From the NCBI GenBank assembly GCA_050273025.1, contig CP158635.1, positions 32,054,001 through 32,118,000 of the forward strand: a stretch of 64,000 nucleotides of DNA, in the 5' to 3' direction. A program made the position numbers and the translations under genes. Origin of the DNA: Cenococcum geophilum (Eukaryota). Numbering within the stretch: position 1 is the first letter of the stretch; each line of letters begins with the position of its first letter. Under the pieces are notes generated by a model. That model searched no databases. It saw only the letters and a list, made by a program, of their open reading frames with translations, and had not been told where the DNA came from. Of this stretch, positions 1-12,484 are shown in pieces.

Positions 1-145
1 TAAGGCACGTGCTCTACACATGCCTAGGGAAAACCCTTCCTACCTCGCACACAGACTCCTCCTTTTCCCTTAAGGATTTGTCTCTGTCTATACAATATAC
101 CCATTATTCTATCATTAGACTCCCTATCTATATCCTTACCTCACA
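1..145. mobile_element. Probable truncated LTR end (window edge)
   Basis: Pyrimidine-rich segment ending ...CCTCACA at 145, after which the RIP-mutated helicase-like sequence begins; the other end lies outside the window. Confidence 0.3.
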
Positions 146-3100
146 GTACGAACAATATTAGTATTACTTTTACGCTAATATATAGGGCTAGATTCTCTAT
201 AGTATCGCACTAATTAGAAGTAACTTTCCGTATACCTATATCAGTGTTAACTAACTTAATAGCTACTACTAGCTGTAAAAGGTCGCGAAGCCAAATAGCG
301 TTATACTTACCTATAGCAGCGTATATGCTATATAGCCGAATTGCGTTATTAAAGCCTGTAACCTTATTAGTGGATAGGCCCTACTTATACCTAGTTAAAA
401 GAAGCTTTTAGGTCGAATTACTTATAAAATTACTACGTAGCTCTATAAGGGCGGTCCTAAATATAGAGCTCTTAGCGTCATTACCGCCCTACCGCATAAC
501 TTAATCTAGAACAGCTGTTCGGTTAATCGCCTTATAGGTGTTACAGCGACTTAGTCAATCGAGGCACGAGCGCCGTAGAACGTATGCAAGCCTGTATAAT
601 TGGTAGTCTATTGACCTAGATATCAAGATAAGGAGTAGAAGGTGGAAAAGGACATGTCTATATACATATGCCAAGGCTTAAGCGAGAGCCCCCTGACTAG
701 ATTTGTTACGGTGCCGTAACAATAGGCTCCCTTTTTATAGCTAGTGAGCTCTAACGGCTTAGCGGGTAGATTGCTGTATAAGGCCGCCTAACCTATAGGG
801 GGAAGCTAATGAAAATCGCCTACTAGTAAGATGTTTAAGCCTCTAAAGTAGTTGTTATTACGCATAGGGTAAATTTAACGGAGGCGGTAATTAATCTAGG
901 CTAGATATACTTACCCGATTATAGATTTCTTATTAAGGATAAGGTAGTGAATATCCTTAAAAGCTTATTATAGAGGCGCAAGACTAGTAGCAGGCAATTT
1001 CTTAAATAGATAATTTACTAGCAACCTTAATAGATTATATATAGTTCTGCCGTTAATACTAAAGGCAGCTACCCTAGTAGGGGCAGCTTGAGCTAATAGC
1101 GATGGCTTGCTATTAGCCCTTACTATATTATAGAGCGTAGTAGAGAGGACAGTAATAAAATGCGATTTGCCGGTTTCTACCTCTCCATTAATATTAATCC
1201 GTAGTAGGGGGGGGCCAAGGCCCGCTTAGATCTGCCTATAGTAATTAACTATAATATTATAGATATAACGCTAACCTAGTTATAAGGAGAACGGAGTTAC
1301 TGTTTAGGATAGGCGGCTCTACGGTAGAGGCTATAGCCATACTTCCTACTAATAAGTCCTTTTATTAAGCTGTGGGTACGTACCCCAATACGTACTCCAG
1401 TTGTAGTTATAATTAAGCTCCCTATTACCAAGCCTGTCAGAATCCTTAATTTTAACTCCGTTGGTATTTTAAACGCGGGTATGCAGGGCCTTAAAGGACT
1501 AGTATAACTCTAAGTCGTCTGCGAAATCGCCCTTAAACTCATTAATATTATTAGCAGTTTTGTAACCTTCCTCTAGTTTCCAATTATAGAAGTAGTTAGG
1601 TAGGTATTAATAAGAGTTAATATAAGCCTAATAGGAAGCCATATAATTAGAGGCCCTAAATTTATTAGTATAAGTAGCTACTTCCTTATACTCCCTCTAT
1701 GGGTAATAAAGAATAAGCTTTATACAGCAGAACTTATAATACTATAAATAGAAACGATCGCCGTTATATTACGGAAAGTATAATATAACTTAAGGCCTTG
1801 CTTTTAGCCAACGCTTATAAGTAGAGTAATTAAAATAAAGTAGAAAATTAAGGAAAGTAACATCCTCTACCCTATCTAGGCGGCGCTTATATTTCTTATA
1901 GTTAGACAGTCTATACCCTCTTAGTTGCCCATTATTAAGCTTATATATAGCGCTTTAATCGTCCTCCTAGTAGTAGTTTAAAGTTACTATATTCCTAGAG
2001 CCTTTATAAAGGGGAATATTAAAAAGTAGATAGTATACCTCCTGCGCTAGCTAATTGCGTTTAGTAATAAGCTTGTTTATAAACCTAGCTATAACTAAAC
2101 TAAAGGTATAAAGGCTATTGGCGTACAGCTATACTAATTAGAATAACTCCTAGTAGAAAGTTAACTTCTTCTCTTTCTTGCTGCAATACTTGCCTATATA
2201 GTTAACTATTACTAATACGCTTATAGCGGGTGACGTATTAATATTCGCTATCTATGCTAATATTATAGCTGCATTATAACCATTAAGAAGCTTATTATTA
2301 CGCTGTAGACAGAACGTCTAGTAATATGGATTTTAATCCTTTAATACAGCGGCCTTATTATAGAGAGACTGTGGAAAATAGAAGCGGCACTCCTTTACTC
2401 CAGTGGAGCCTTTCTTTAATCTTAAGCAGTAAGATTTGGTGCAATTATGGTGCCGTTAAAATTGATTAAGGCAGGCAGTAAGAAGCTTACTAGTATTAAG
2501 CTGTTCTTTATAGCTAAGAGTAGAAGGATATCGAAGATTGGAAGGCCTAGATTGATTAGGATTAATTATAGATATAAAAGTAGCCCAGTACTTAGTAAAA
2601 GCCGCCCTTAATTTAATAGCTAACGGATCTAGCTTTGGGGCTGTTAAACTCTATAAGAAGCCATATATATAGCCGCTACCTTATACCTACCACTTATATC
2701 GGGACCAAAAGTCAGTGCTATTAAATAGGCCTATAAGCACGTGCTTCCTAAACAGATTGAAGCGGCGATATAGCTAGTAAGCAGCAATATATAGATTATT
2801 ATTAAGATTCTAAAAAGTAATCTGGTAGCGCTAAGCCTTATTAGCAGCCTTATATTTGTTAAATAGAGGTATATAAGAGTGTAGATTATGCTAATATAAA
2901 TTAGTAGCGCTAAGTATAAAGAATAGAGACCCGCTCTTAATATTCTTAGTATAAGCCGTAAGCTTATTTCTCTTCTACCTCTAGTAAGGTTTAGTACCCT
3001 TAAGGTTCCGTATATGCTATACAATCTTATTTAGTAACTAGCTACCCCTATTGCCATTTATAAGATTACTAAGCTTATTTAAAGATAGACTATTCTTATT

Positions 3101-4900
3101 TAATCGGCTATAGAGGAAGCGGGTGGCGTTAAGGGCTTGCTCTCTTATAATCTAATTAAACACGTAGTAGCGAAATAAGGGGTGGCGGCCAAACTAACCA
3201 TCCTGATACTTAAGTATATGCTTAGTATACGCAGCTAGGGTAACTGTACGGCTTCGTGGCATATTAAAATCGGCTTTACTATAAGGAAACAGAGTAGGAA
3301 AGGCGTTACGTATAATAAAACTAGCTGATCGCTTAGAGAGAGGTATCTGTCGTATAGTAGGAACCTTTAGGCCCGCTTATAGGTCTTATTAGTGTTAAAC
3401 CTTACGACCTAAAAGCTCTAATTTATTAAGGTTAGGTACTAGATTAGGAACTAAAGTATCTAGTACATTATTATTAAATTCGCCGTCTAGTATATTACTG
3501 CCAAGCTCGGCAGGTAAAGGATTAATAGTAGGACATTGTATAGGAGTAGTAGGGTAAGCCGTTGGGCCACTAGAATTAGACTCTAACTTATTAATATAAG
3601 GTAGCTAATCTAATATAGAGCCATTTTTGGGTAAGCTAGTAAGCTAGGTGCTATATATTTTAATATTATAATAATTAGGATAATTAACCTTTAGAAAGTA
3701 AAGCCACTATACTATAGTAGAGCGCCTTACGGTATACCGCTTAGTAAACCGCCAACTTAGGTATTTGCTACCCTCTATTACCGCAGGCCTTACGACCAGT
3801 ATATCGAGTTTAGTAGGTAGCCGTGGCAGCTGCCTCTAGGTCTTTAATATGTTCTAGCTAAAGCAGCAGACGTAGCTAGTATAGCGATATTGCTAGCCGC
3901 GTATACGCATGACTTATAGATAAACGTATACGCGCGCAATTAGAAGCTCCTCTACCGCGGTAAGTATAGGTAGGAAGCCAGGAACAGGCCCCGGATTAAG
4001 CCCGTTGCTATTACCAAATAGGGGAGGAAGGGTTAGATCCTTAAGGCTATTAGCGTCCTTAATGCAGGCTTTACATACACCTATATTGTCACCCTCCGTA
4101 GCTAGGTCCATTTAGAACCACCGCTCCTTATAACGACTGCACGTCTCTATACGTTCAGCCTGTAATATACTCCTAAACTTCTTAATTCACTCCTAATTAA
4201 CAGCTGAAATGGGTAGTAGTGTGGCCGTAGCCGGAGCTTACTATAAGGGAGCTTACCGCAAGGGAGCTTGCCGCAAGGAAGGTAATATTAATGGTAGGGT
4301 AGGTATTGGCGGTAGAGTAGGTATTAGCGGTAGAGTAGGTATAGGAGCTAGTTCCGGCAAGTATGGAGCTTTATTTATGGTATATAGCGGAGGAGTAGGC
4401 GAGTGAGCTTTACCCCGCCAATTAAGAATGCGGTATTCCCGTTATATTGCCCTAATTGTCTTCCGCCGTTAAGCCATTTCAGGGGTATCTTGGCTATTCT
4501 GGCCGCGAGGCAGGAAGGCTTTCTTGGTATCGTTTTTAGGTAGAGTAGTTCACTAGCGCCTTATAGGACGATTCTTAATAGTAGAACCTAGCTCTACAAG
4601 AGCTCTCCGCTTATTTGAATTATATTTAAAGATCTAGAAAAGTAAGTAAAAGTAGAAGTAGTATATAGGGAAGACGCGCCTTTAACCGATATAACTAATA
4701 TAGCTTTAAAAGCTTCTTTAAAGGGCCGTCTTTAACAAAGTTAAGGCGGGGCTTATAGATATGGCACTTGCTACACTTAATTACAGTAAGATCTGCCATG
4801 TTTACTGTATATATAGTGGTATTAATAGAGGTCAATAAAAAGGAACGTGCTAAGATATTTTGATGTTCATAATATTTTAATGTTCGTCACGTGAATTCTG
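146..4900 (-). mobile_element. RIP-inactivated Helitron (Rep HUH endonuclease + PIF1-family helicase); ends approximate
   Basis: Minus-strand relic motifs: N-terminal ORF 3914-4111 (..PGPVPGFLPILTAVEELLIARV..); HUH-like RYKW*V*GSGYIYGFL (~2650-2700, cf. RYEWQxRGSxHxHG); Walker A NGEVETGKS (~1170-1200); GVAAFSINGRTIYNLL (~1030-1075); YLILNKKSIIG; GDFH*LPP (~795-825). Many TAA/TAG stops. Confidence 0.8.
539..721. mobile_element. Solo LTR (183 bp) inserted in the Helitron helicase
   Basis: TGTTAC...GTAACA termini; 5-bp TSD ATAGG at 534-538 and 722-726. Confidence 0.85.
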
Positions 4901-5340
4901 CCGTAACTTACCGCGCGCGCTTTTTTTTCTAACTAATTAGAAGTCTACTTTCCAACCAATCAGAAGCTAGCTTGGCGGGGTTTGAATTCCAGGACCCGAA
5001 AATATAGACCACTCGTACCTCGGGTCAATAAACCAGAACCGACCTAGGCACGTCATACTTGTTAGGCGTAAAAAAATATTGTCCTTCTTTAAGGCATACA
5101 AACTAGACTCATAGCAAAGATCTTAATCATACATCAGTTTCGATAATCTTTACCATTACCATAACTTATTAGTGTTCTAATAGGAAGTTGGTGATGACGA
5201 GTACCAGCCTCACAATCTTAGATGTTGAGGGGTGGTGGGGTGTAGGTGGATCAGCCTTTCTCCGCACACGTTCTGTGTCAGCCTACCAAACGAAACTTTC
5301 GATATTCCACCTCACGCCCGTGCATTTTTCATTTACAACG

Positions 5341-7164
5341 ATGGCAGACTATTCCAGACCTAAAACGCCAGACGGGCAGGCCAATGGCACCTACACTCCA
5401 CGTACTCCTCGCCATACTGGTCTCGCACTTACAGAATACACGGCAAATCCCTCCCCACCGCCGTCGTCGCCAAAGCCAAAAACACAGTCAGCTGTTCCTG
5501 AGGCATTCCTGCTTCCCAATGGGTACCCAGATGTATCTCCTCGGCCTTCCTTACTGCCTCCAAGCCCAGTCAAGGTTGTCTGACTGGTTCGCAGTACTTG
5601 CGACTAATTCTCACCTCCAAAGTGTACGAAGTGGTCGAGGAAACGCCACTGACGCATGCACAAAACCTCAGCAATCGATTGGAATGCCAGGTCATGCTAA
5701 AACGGGAGGACCTGCAGCCCGTCTTCAGTTTCAAGTTGCGGGGCGCATACAATAAGATGGCTCATTTGGATCAGAAATATCGCTGGAAGGGAGTTGTGGC
5801 ATGCTCTGCGGGTATATAGACACTTGGAAGTGAGATGCGACCATTTAAGCTGATTTGGGGCAGGAAATCATGCTCAAGGAGTTGCATACTCTGCAAGGAA
5901 ACTGAAAGTTCCAGCGACCATCGTTATGCCGTCCGGGACACCAGATATCAAACACAGGAATGTCTCACGGCTGGGAGGTTCTGTCGTCTTACACGGCGCA
6001 GACTTTGACGCGGCAAAAGAGGAGGCACACCGGCTGGAGAAACTTCACGGCCTTATAAACATCCCACCATTTGATGATCCTTATGTAATTGCAGGTCAAG
6101 GTACCGTAGGTATGGAATTACTCCGGCAAACCAATCTACAAGACCTCGAAACTGTGTTTTGCTGCGTGGGTGGTGGAGGGCTCATTGCCGGGATTGGCGT
6201 CTATATTAAACGAATAGCCCCGCATGTCAAAGTCGTCGGAGTCGAAGCTTACGATGCTAATGCCATGGTGCAGTCCCTCCAAGTGGGGCATCGTGTTGTC
6301 CTTAAAGATGTAGGTCTCTTTGCCGACGGAGCTGCTGTGAAGATGGTAGGTGAAGAAACGTTCCGCTTGTGTCAGGAGGTTGTAGACGAAGTTATCCAAG
6401 TCACTACAGACGAAACCTGTGCTGCCATCAAAGATGTCTTCGAAGACACCCGCTCGATTGTCGAACCAGCTGGGGCTCTCGCCCTCGCTGGTCTCAAAAA
6501 GTACGTTGCGCGCAATCCCTCGCCCAACAAGAACCGTGGTCTCGTTGCTATAGCCTCAGGAGCAAACATGAACTTTGATCGCCTACGCTTCGTTGCTGAG
6601 CGCGCTGCATTGGGTGAGGAGAAAGAAGCACTGCTTTCCGTTACTATACCAGAACGACCCGGCGCATTTGCTGCGCTCGTTAGGGTCATCTACCCGATGG
6701 CCGTTACCGAGTTCTCATATCGATACGCATCCCCCGGGGCGGCGAACATCTTAGTAGGTGTCTCACTCAACGCTGCTAGCCGGACGCGCGATCTCTCCGA
6801 CCTACTCTCCCGGCTCGCTGCTGAGGGCATGGCGGGAACTGATCTCTCGGGCGACGAGCTTGCCAAGTCACATATCAGATACCTTGTTGGAGGTCGTAGC
6901 GCCGTGGCCGACGAAAGGCTCTATATGTTTGAGTTTCCAGAGCGTCAGGGTGCGCTTTTCAATTTCCTTACAACGCTACAGCCGGGTATGAATATCAGCC
7001 TTTTCCACTACAGAAATTACGGCGGTGATGTAGGGAAAGTATTAGCCGGGATACAATGCCCCAAAGGCGAGGAAGAGGGTCTAGAGAAATTTCTGAGGGA
7101 GATTAGATATCCTTTCTCCGAGGAGACCAATAACCCGGTCTATAAAATGTTCATGAGGGACTGA
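5341..7164 (+). CDS. ILV1: Biosynthetic threonine dehydratase (threonine ammonia-lyase), about 569 aa; exons 5341-5532, 5595-5811, 5864-7164
   Basis: [21 protein letters not shown]-lysine motif; SAGNHAQG rebuilt across GT..AG intron 5812-5863; VGGGGL; SGANMNF; C-terminal ACT-like regulatory repeats ([19 protein letters not shown]). Both introns are GT-AG and keep frame. Confidence 0.95.
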
Positions 7165-9838
7165 ACTTTATGTGGTGGTTACATAGGATATGAAACTGTT
7201 GTAAGAGATATTTTAATTTACGGGGAGTTATGATGGATTGAATTGCTGGGTTGGCTTAACTAGTGGAGATGATATCCTCTGAAACGGTCGTTATTGCAAG
7301 GGTGCGAAAAGGCTTCGGGGCAGATTCGAAGGAGTTCTATAAATTCTATCTAGGTCTAGAACTATAGCTTTCGCTAAGAACAAGACGTTGTGTAAAGAAG
7401 AGAAAGGAACAACGCGAGAATCTTATATTAAATAGTTAAGGGTTATCTCAGTTGACTCAGACCCTCGGAGAGAAAACCCACCTTACCTCCTGCAAACTCC
7501 TGAGCCAATCAGCGGCTGGCACCGCCACACCTCTATAACCCCTGTGACTCCTATAAACTCCTGAGCCAATTAGCGACCGGCGCCGCAGCCTAATGTACGC
7601 CACGGGTATTAGCGCTTGCGCTAGCTTTAGCAGCTAATTATAGAGTGCTAAGGTAGATTCCTCTCTAAGGGTCTAAGAGATTATAGGCGCCTTTTATAAA
7701 GGCTATACAGCCTCGCTAGTAGAAGCCAGTTCTATTACCTTTAACGTTATATATCGCCCCCTAATATAGCGCTACTTAGCTCGCCAATACCTCTATTTAA
7801 AAGCTTATCTCTTACTCTATATATTATATCCGTAATAGAGCCCAATTATCCCCCTAATAGGCGTCTATCTAAGCAGGATACTTAAAGTCCTCTATTTAGC
7901 CTTTCGAGCCTACCTACTCTTTCTAGCCTACTAGAATACTTCGTTAATATATTTAAGGATTCCTCTAATAGCGATAACTAAATAGATAATAATAGCTAAC
8001 CTAATACTAGCGAGCCTAAACCTTTCTTATTAAACTAAAGTATATAATAGCAGAGGCGTATAAGGAAGCTATAAGCCGTGGTTAATACCCTAAAATAAAA
8101 GGGTTAGAGCTTTATATAATTCCTATCTACCTAGGTTAAAATAGACGATGTAGATAATAGGGGGGTTATAATTAGGCACCGTTAGTATAATCGCGTTAAA
8201 AGATAACGGCGAGTATTATTAAATGTAGTTATAAAAAATCCGCAACTTAGCTATATTCGAGGGGCAGTTATACTAGTAGGGTCTTTTACTATAGAGCTAG
8301 ACCGCCTTATCTAGGAGCTATACTTTAATATATTTAATAGGACGTTAAATATAAAGAACTTAGACTTTAAAGTCGCCTTCTATACTATACGAGATATTAC
8401 CCTAATATAGTATATAACTTTACTATAGCTACTTAGTAACTAGCGCGCCTATAGAGCAAGTTATTAAGTAAGAGGTTAGAAGGCAGAGGGTTAGGACGCT
8501 TTAGTTAGGCGGGCGTATACTATTACTAGTATAATCTATTCTTCTAGAGCTAAGAAGCGGTCTAATTTCTTTACTTTACTTATAGATATCTATCTTATAG
8601 GCTCTGGGGTAAAAAGGAGGGTGTTTAAAACGCTATCCGGCTTTAGGCTATATTATAGCTATTATTTAGTAAATTATATTATAAATAGTATTGCTAAGGA
8701 GGTAGAGGTATATTAACTATCTTATATCTATCTCCTATAAACTCCTAGGCTAATTAGAAGAGCTCCTATAAACTTCTATAAACTTTTATAAACTTCTATA
8801 AACTCTTAGGCTAATTAAAAGGGCTCCTACGGACTCCTTTAGGGGCTAATATTTATAGAGGCATCTTAAGACCCTAGCGTATAACCCATAAACAGTGGTT
8901 ATATATAATAATGTAAACTTTAAGAACATAAAATGTAATAAATTGCTTAGTTATACGTCTATTATACATTCGCTAATAACCGCTGCCATTATATTTTATC
9001 CGGAATTACCTTTATCTAGGCTATACTAATTAATATATAATTTAACGAAACCGCTGTAACTTAATAATATCTTCCAATTACCTGGCTTTATTAAAGACGA
9101 GTTAATAGTAAAGATTAGCTATTACCTTATCGCTAACGCAATAAAGGGGGTTTATCTATATAGGGTAGAGCGCGTCTTTACTAAAAGTGATCTTTTCCCT
9201 TAAATACTAAGTATACACTATATTAATACCAAAAAGACTAAGTTCTAGCAGTTTAGTACTATAATAGAAGATAAGGGTACTATCTAGGGTATATACGGCG
9301 TCTATAAGAATATCTTCCTTAACTAGCTTAAACTTTAGGCTCCAGATAACCCCTATAGCTCTGCGTATAATGACTTTACTAATTAGCTCTAGCTTACCCA
9401 TAGTAACTAGCTTACTGCGTATTATATTAGGTTGGTAAAATAGAAACAGGCCCACGCGGGTTGTCCTTTTAACCGTTAGAACTGGCTTCTTAGTATACCT
9501 TTATAGTTTTATATTAAGATAAACCTATATAATACTATTATATATACGCATTTAGCGCCTAAGGACTATTAAGGGGAGGCGCTGTAACGGAACCTTGTAG
9601 TAGGAACTATAATAGGTTCTGTTAATAGGCTAGGTATATAGGAAATACAAAGACAGTAGTTAACAACGTAATAACAACTAGTAGAGTGGTTGCCTAATAG
9701 ATTAACTCCAATTATATTCTAAAAATCACTACAAGGAAGGAACTATCTAGGTAGGGACTAAGGGTCCTTAAATACACAACCATACTCCTAAGAAAGTTGT
9801 TGCTCTATCTGCTTTGTCTACTCTATTTACTCTATTAT

Positions 9839-12484
9839 TGTTAGGAATAAGGCAAGCGGTTATCACGTGACGCCGCGGCACTAGCGTGGCGAGGAGCCTT
9901 AAGCTCCTCGCCCTTCCTTATTCCAATTAAGAAGCTTTATTAACCAACATTACTATAACCCTACTCAAGTAGTCGTTATTGGTAAGTCACCCTATATAAC
10001 CAACACTAATTAGTGGTTAAATATACAGTCAACCACAGAGCAGCTAGGTTTTCGAATAGAAGAGATAGTCTTATATAGGGGTGCTATATGCGCTTATATG
10101 GAATGGATCCCAGCAATACTGTACTACCTTAGACTTACGGAAAACTAGTAACAGAAGTGTTACTAAGTACTAGGAGATACTAAGTTGCGTCTATTACGTA
10201 GAACAACCGCGTTTACAAAGATTTGGTTAAGTACTTTAGGTTAGAAGTATTACTAAACCTAGGATCCCAAGTTAACGTCTAAAACGCGTTAAATAACGTC
10301 TAAAATGCGTTAAATAACATCTCGAATTGCCTACCTCTTAACAGTAAACCTACGAGATCCTACAAAACCGAAAATCCTACCTACCTTCGACGTACAACAC
10401 CCCATCAATTCTATACCTACTATAGCGTTAACCTACCTAAAGAAGTATAAGGAAGATATTAACCTAAAGATATAGAACAAAGCTATAATTAACCTTGCAA
10501 ACACTAAACCATAAGACCTAAACGGATTCTTATTATACCGCATAGCATACTACAAAGACAGTAAATACAATAATACCGCGCTATAGGAATATATAAGGGA
10601 GGACTTTATTAGATAAACAAAGAAAACATAGGCTCCCGCGAATAAGGATATTATATAAAACTTCCGTAACTTTTTACAGGAGTATAGAGTATTCGTCCCT
10701 ATAGACGGGGGCGTTATTAGAGACAATATTTAGGAGCATATTATTAATATAAAAGAAGAGCACAAATAGACTCCATAAGAGATTAAGATTAAGCACCAAA
10801 TACGCGCTATAAAGAAGTTTAACTCTCAAGGGAATTCTAATAACGGACAGCCACAAGCTCTATCTATACAAGCTCCATCTACACAAGCTCCGTCTCCACA
10901 AGCTCCATCTACACAAGCTCCGTCTACACAAGCTCCGTCCGCGCAAGCTCCGTTCAACTCAAGCGCCAAAACGTCTCCTCTAACCCCTACCACGCCTAGG
11001 CAGCCTCCGCAGGGATCTCCGCAGCAACCACTACAGATAACCTCAGGCTATCAAACACCTCAAGTTCCTCAGGCTGCCGCATCTCAACCTGTGCCATAAG
11101 CTCCGTCTATACAAGCTCCGTCTCCACAAGCTCTATCCACACAAGCTCCATCCGCGCAAGCTCCGTCCCACTTAAGCGCCAAGACGTCTCCCCTAACCCC
11201 TACCGCGCCTGGACAACCGGCACAACAAGCCAGATCTATAAACAATATCCTAACCCACCAGCAACCTCCGCAAGAACCTCCGCAGCAATCTCTGCAGCAA
11301 TATCCGCAGCAATCTCCGCAGTAATTTCCGCAGCAATCTCCGCAATAAGCCTCTACTTCTCCACAAACATTCAACAAGCTTTAGAAGATCCAGCATAGAG
11401 GGGAATTCTAAGACTCCTATAGTTCCCAAGGTAGCTACAAAGGTAGCTACCAGCGTAATTCAGATAGGAAGTTCTCGTGGAGGGTACCATAAAGAGAGAG
11501 TAATATAGGGGGGGGAAGGGAGCGGTTGGAACGGCATAGTCACGCAGGCAATCCATAAAAGAAAGAACTGCCAGTATCTACGATTCTATGCCGATCTGCC
11601 TACAGAACCAACTCTATACTAGCACCGCACTGCTATATACCATCGACAAACCAATAGCGCCGCTATGCCTGCTATTACAATACTAATCGCGCCAATACGC
11701 CTGCGATCTACCGACCGAATAATCATGCCTATACGCCTACAATTAACCAACCGACTAATAGACAAGCTCTATACTTAACCACTATTACTACCGCTGCTAG
11801 TACCGTACTACTACCCAAACAGACTTTTGCTGCTTCCACCTACAGCTAAACCAATACCTTACTGCCTTCCTGCAGCACTACATCCACAAAAGAAGAATTG
11901 CCAGAAGCTTCTTATGGAACTTAGTAAGATAGATAACGGTACTAGGGCATACTACCTGCGATATTCTACGGACCCTAATTCCAACCAGCCAATCAGGATT
12001 TTCCATCCCCGGGATAGAAAATCGCTATTGGCTCGCTTACCACTAGCGCCTTAGCGGCCTTCATAAGATATCCACCTACTCCTACTTCTAAACGATTCTT
12101 TCTCCTTTCTCTTCTTCTTCTTAGTTTAATATTTTCACTAAATAGCAATTTACAAGCTTTAATTTGGAGGCATTTATACGAGCCGCTATAAGAGGCAAAT
12201 TTTAGGACAGCAAGACTTATATTATAATGGCAATAGTAAGTAAGGAGGATTTATATATATTACGCTAGTCAAGCAGTATTTATATATAGATGGCAACCAC
12301 AAAAAAAGAGTTGCCAGTGTTAGGAATAAGGCAAGCGGTTATCACGTGACGCCGCGGCACTAGCGTGGCGAGGAGCCCTAAGCTCCTCGCCCTTCCTTAT
12401 TCCAATTAAGAAGCTTTATTAACCAACATTACTATAACCCTACTCAAGTAGTCGTTATTGGTAAGTCACCCTATGTAACTAACA
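9839..12484 (+). mobile_element. Non-autonomous, internally deleted LTR element B (probably Copia-derived) inserted in the 3' LTR of copy A
   Basis: Near-identical 167-bp LTRs at 9839-10005 and 12318-12484 (TGTT..AACA); TSD ATTAT at 9834-9838 and 12485-12489; purine tract before the 3' LTR; gag-like relic with Q/P-rich repeats; no pol seen. Confidence 0.85.
10853..11350 (+). repeat. Coding-type tandem repeats in element B: 15-bp CAAGCTCCGTCTACA (QAPST) and 12-bp CCGCAGCAATCT (PQQS)
   Basis: Visible arrays at ~10853-10950, ~11095-11170 and ~11265-11350. Confidence 0.8.

Noticed and set aside
5103..5113. Gcn4/CpcA site upstream of ILV1
   Set aside because: The sequence is AGACTCA, not the TGACTCA consensus
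7280..7442. Possible solo LTR that received the Academ insertion (continuing at 52506-52559)
   Set aside because: LTR-like look (TG start, TATA-like run) but no matching CA end or TSD found
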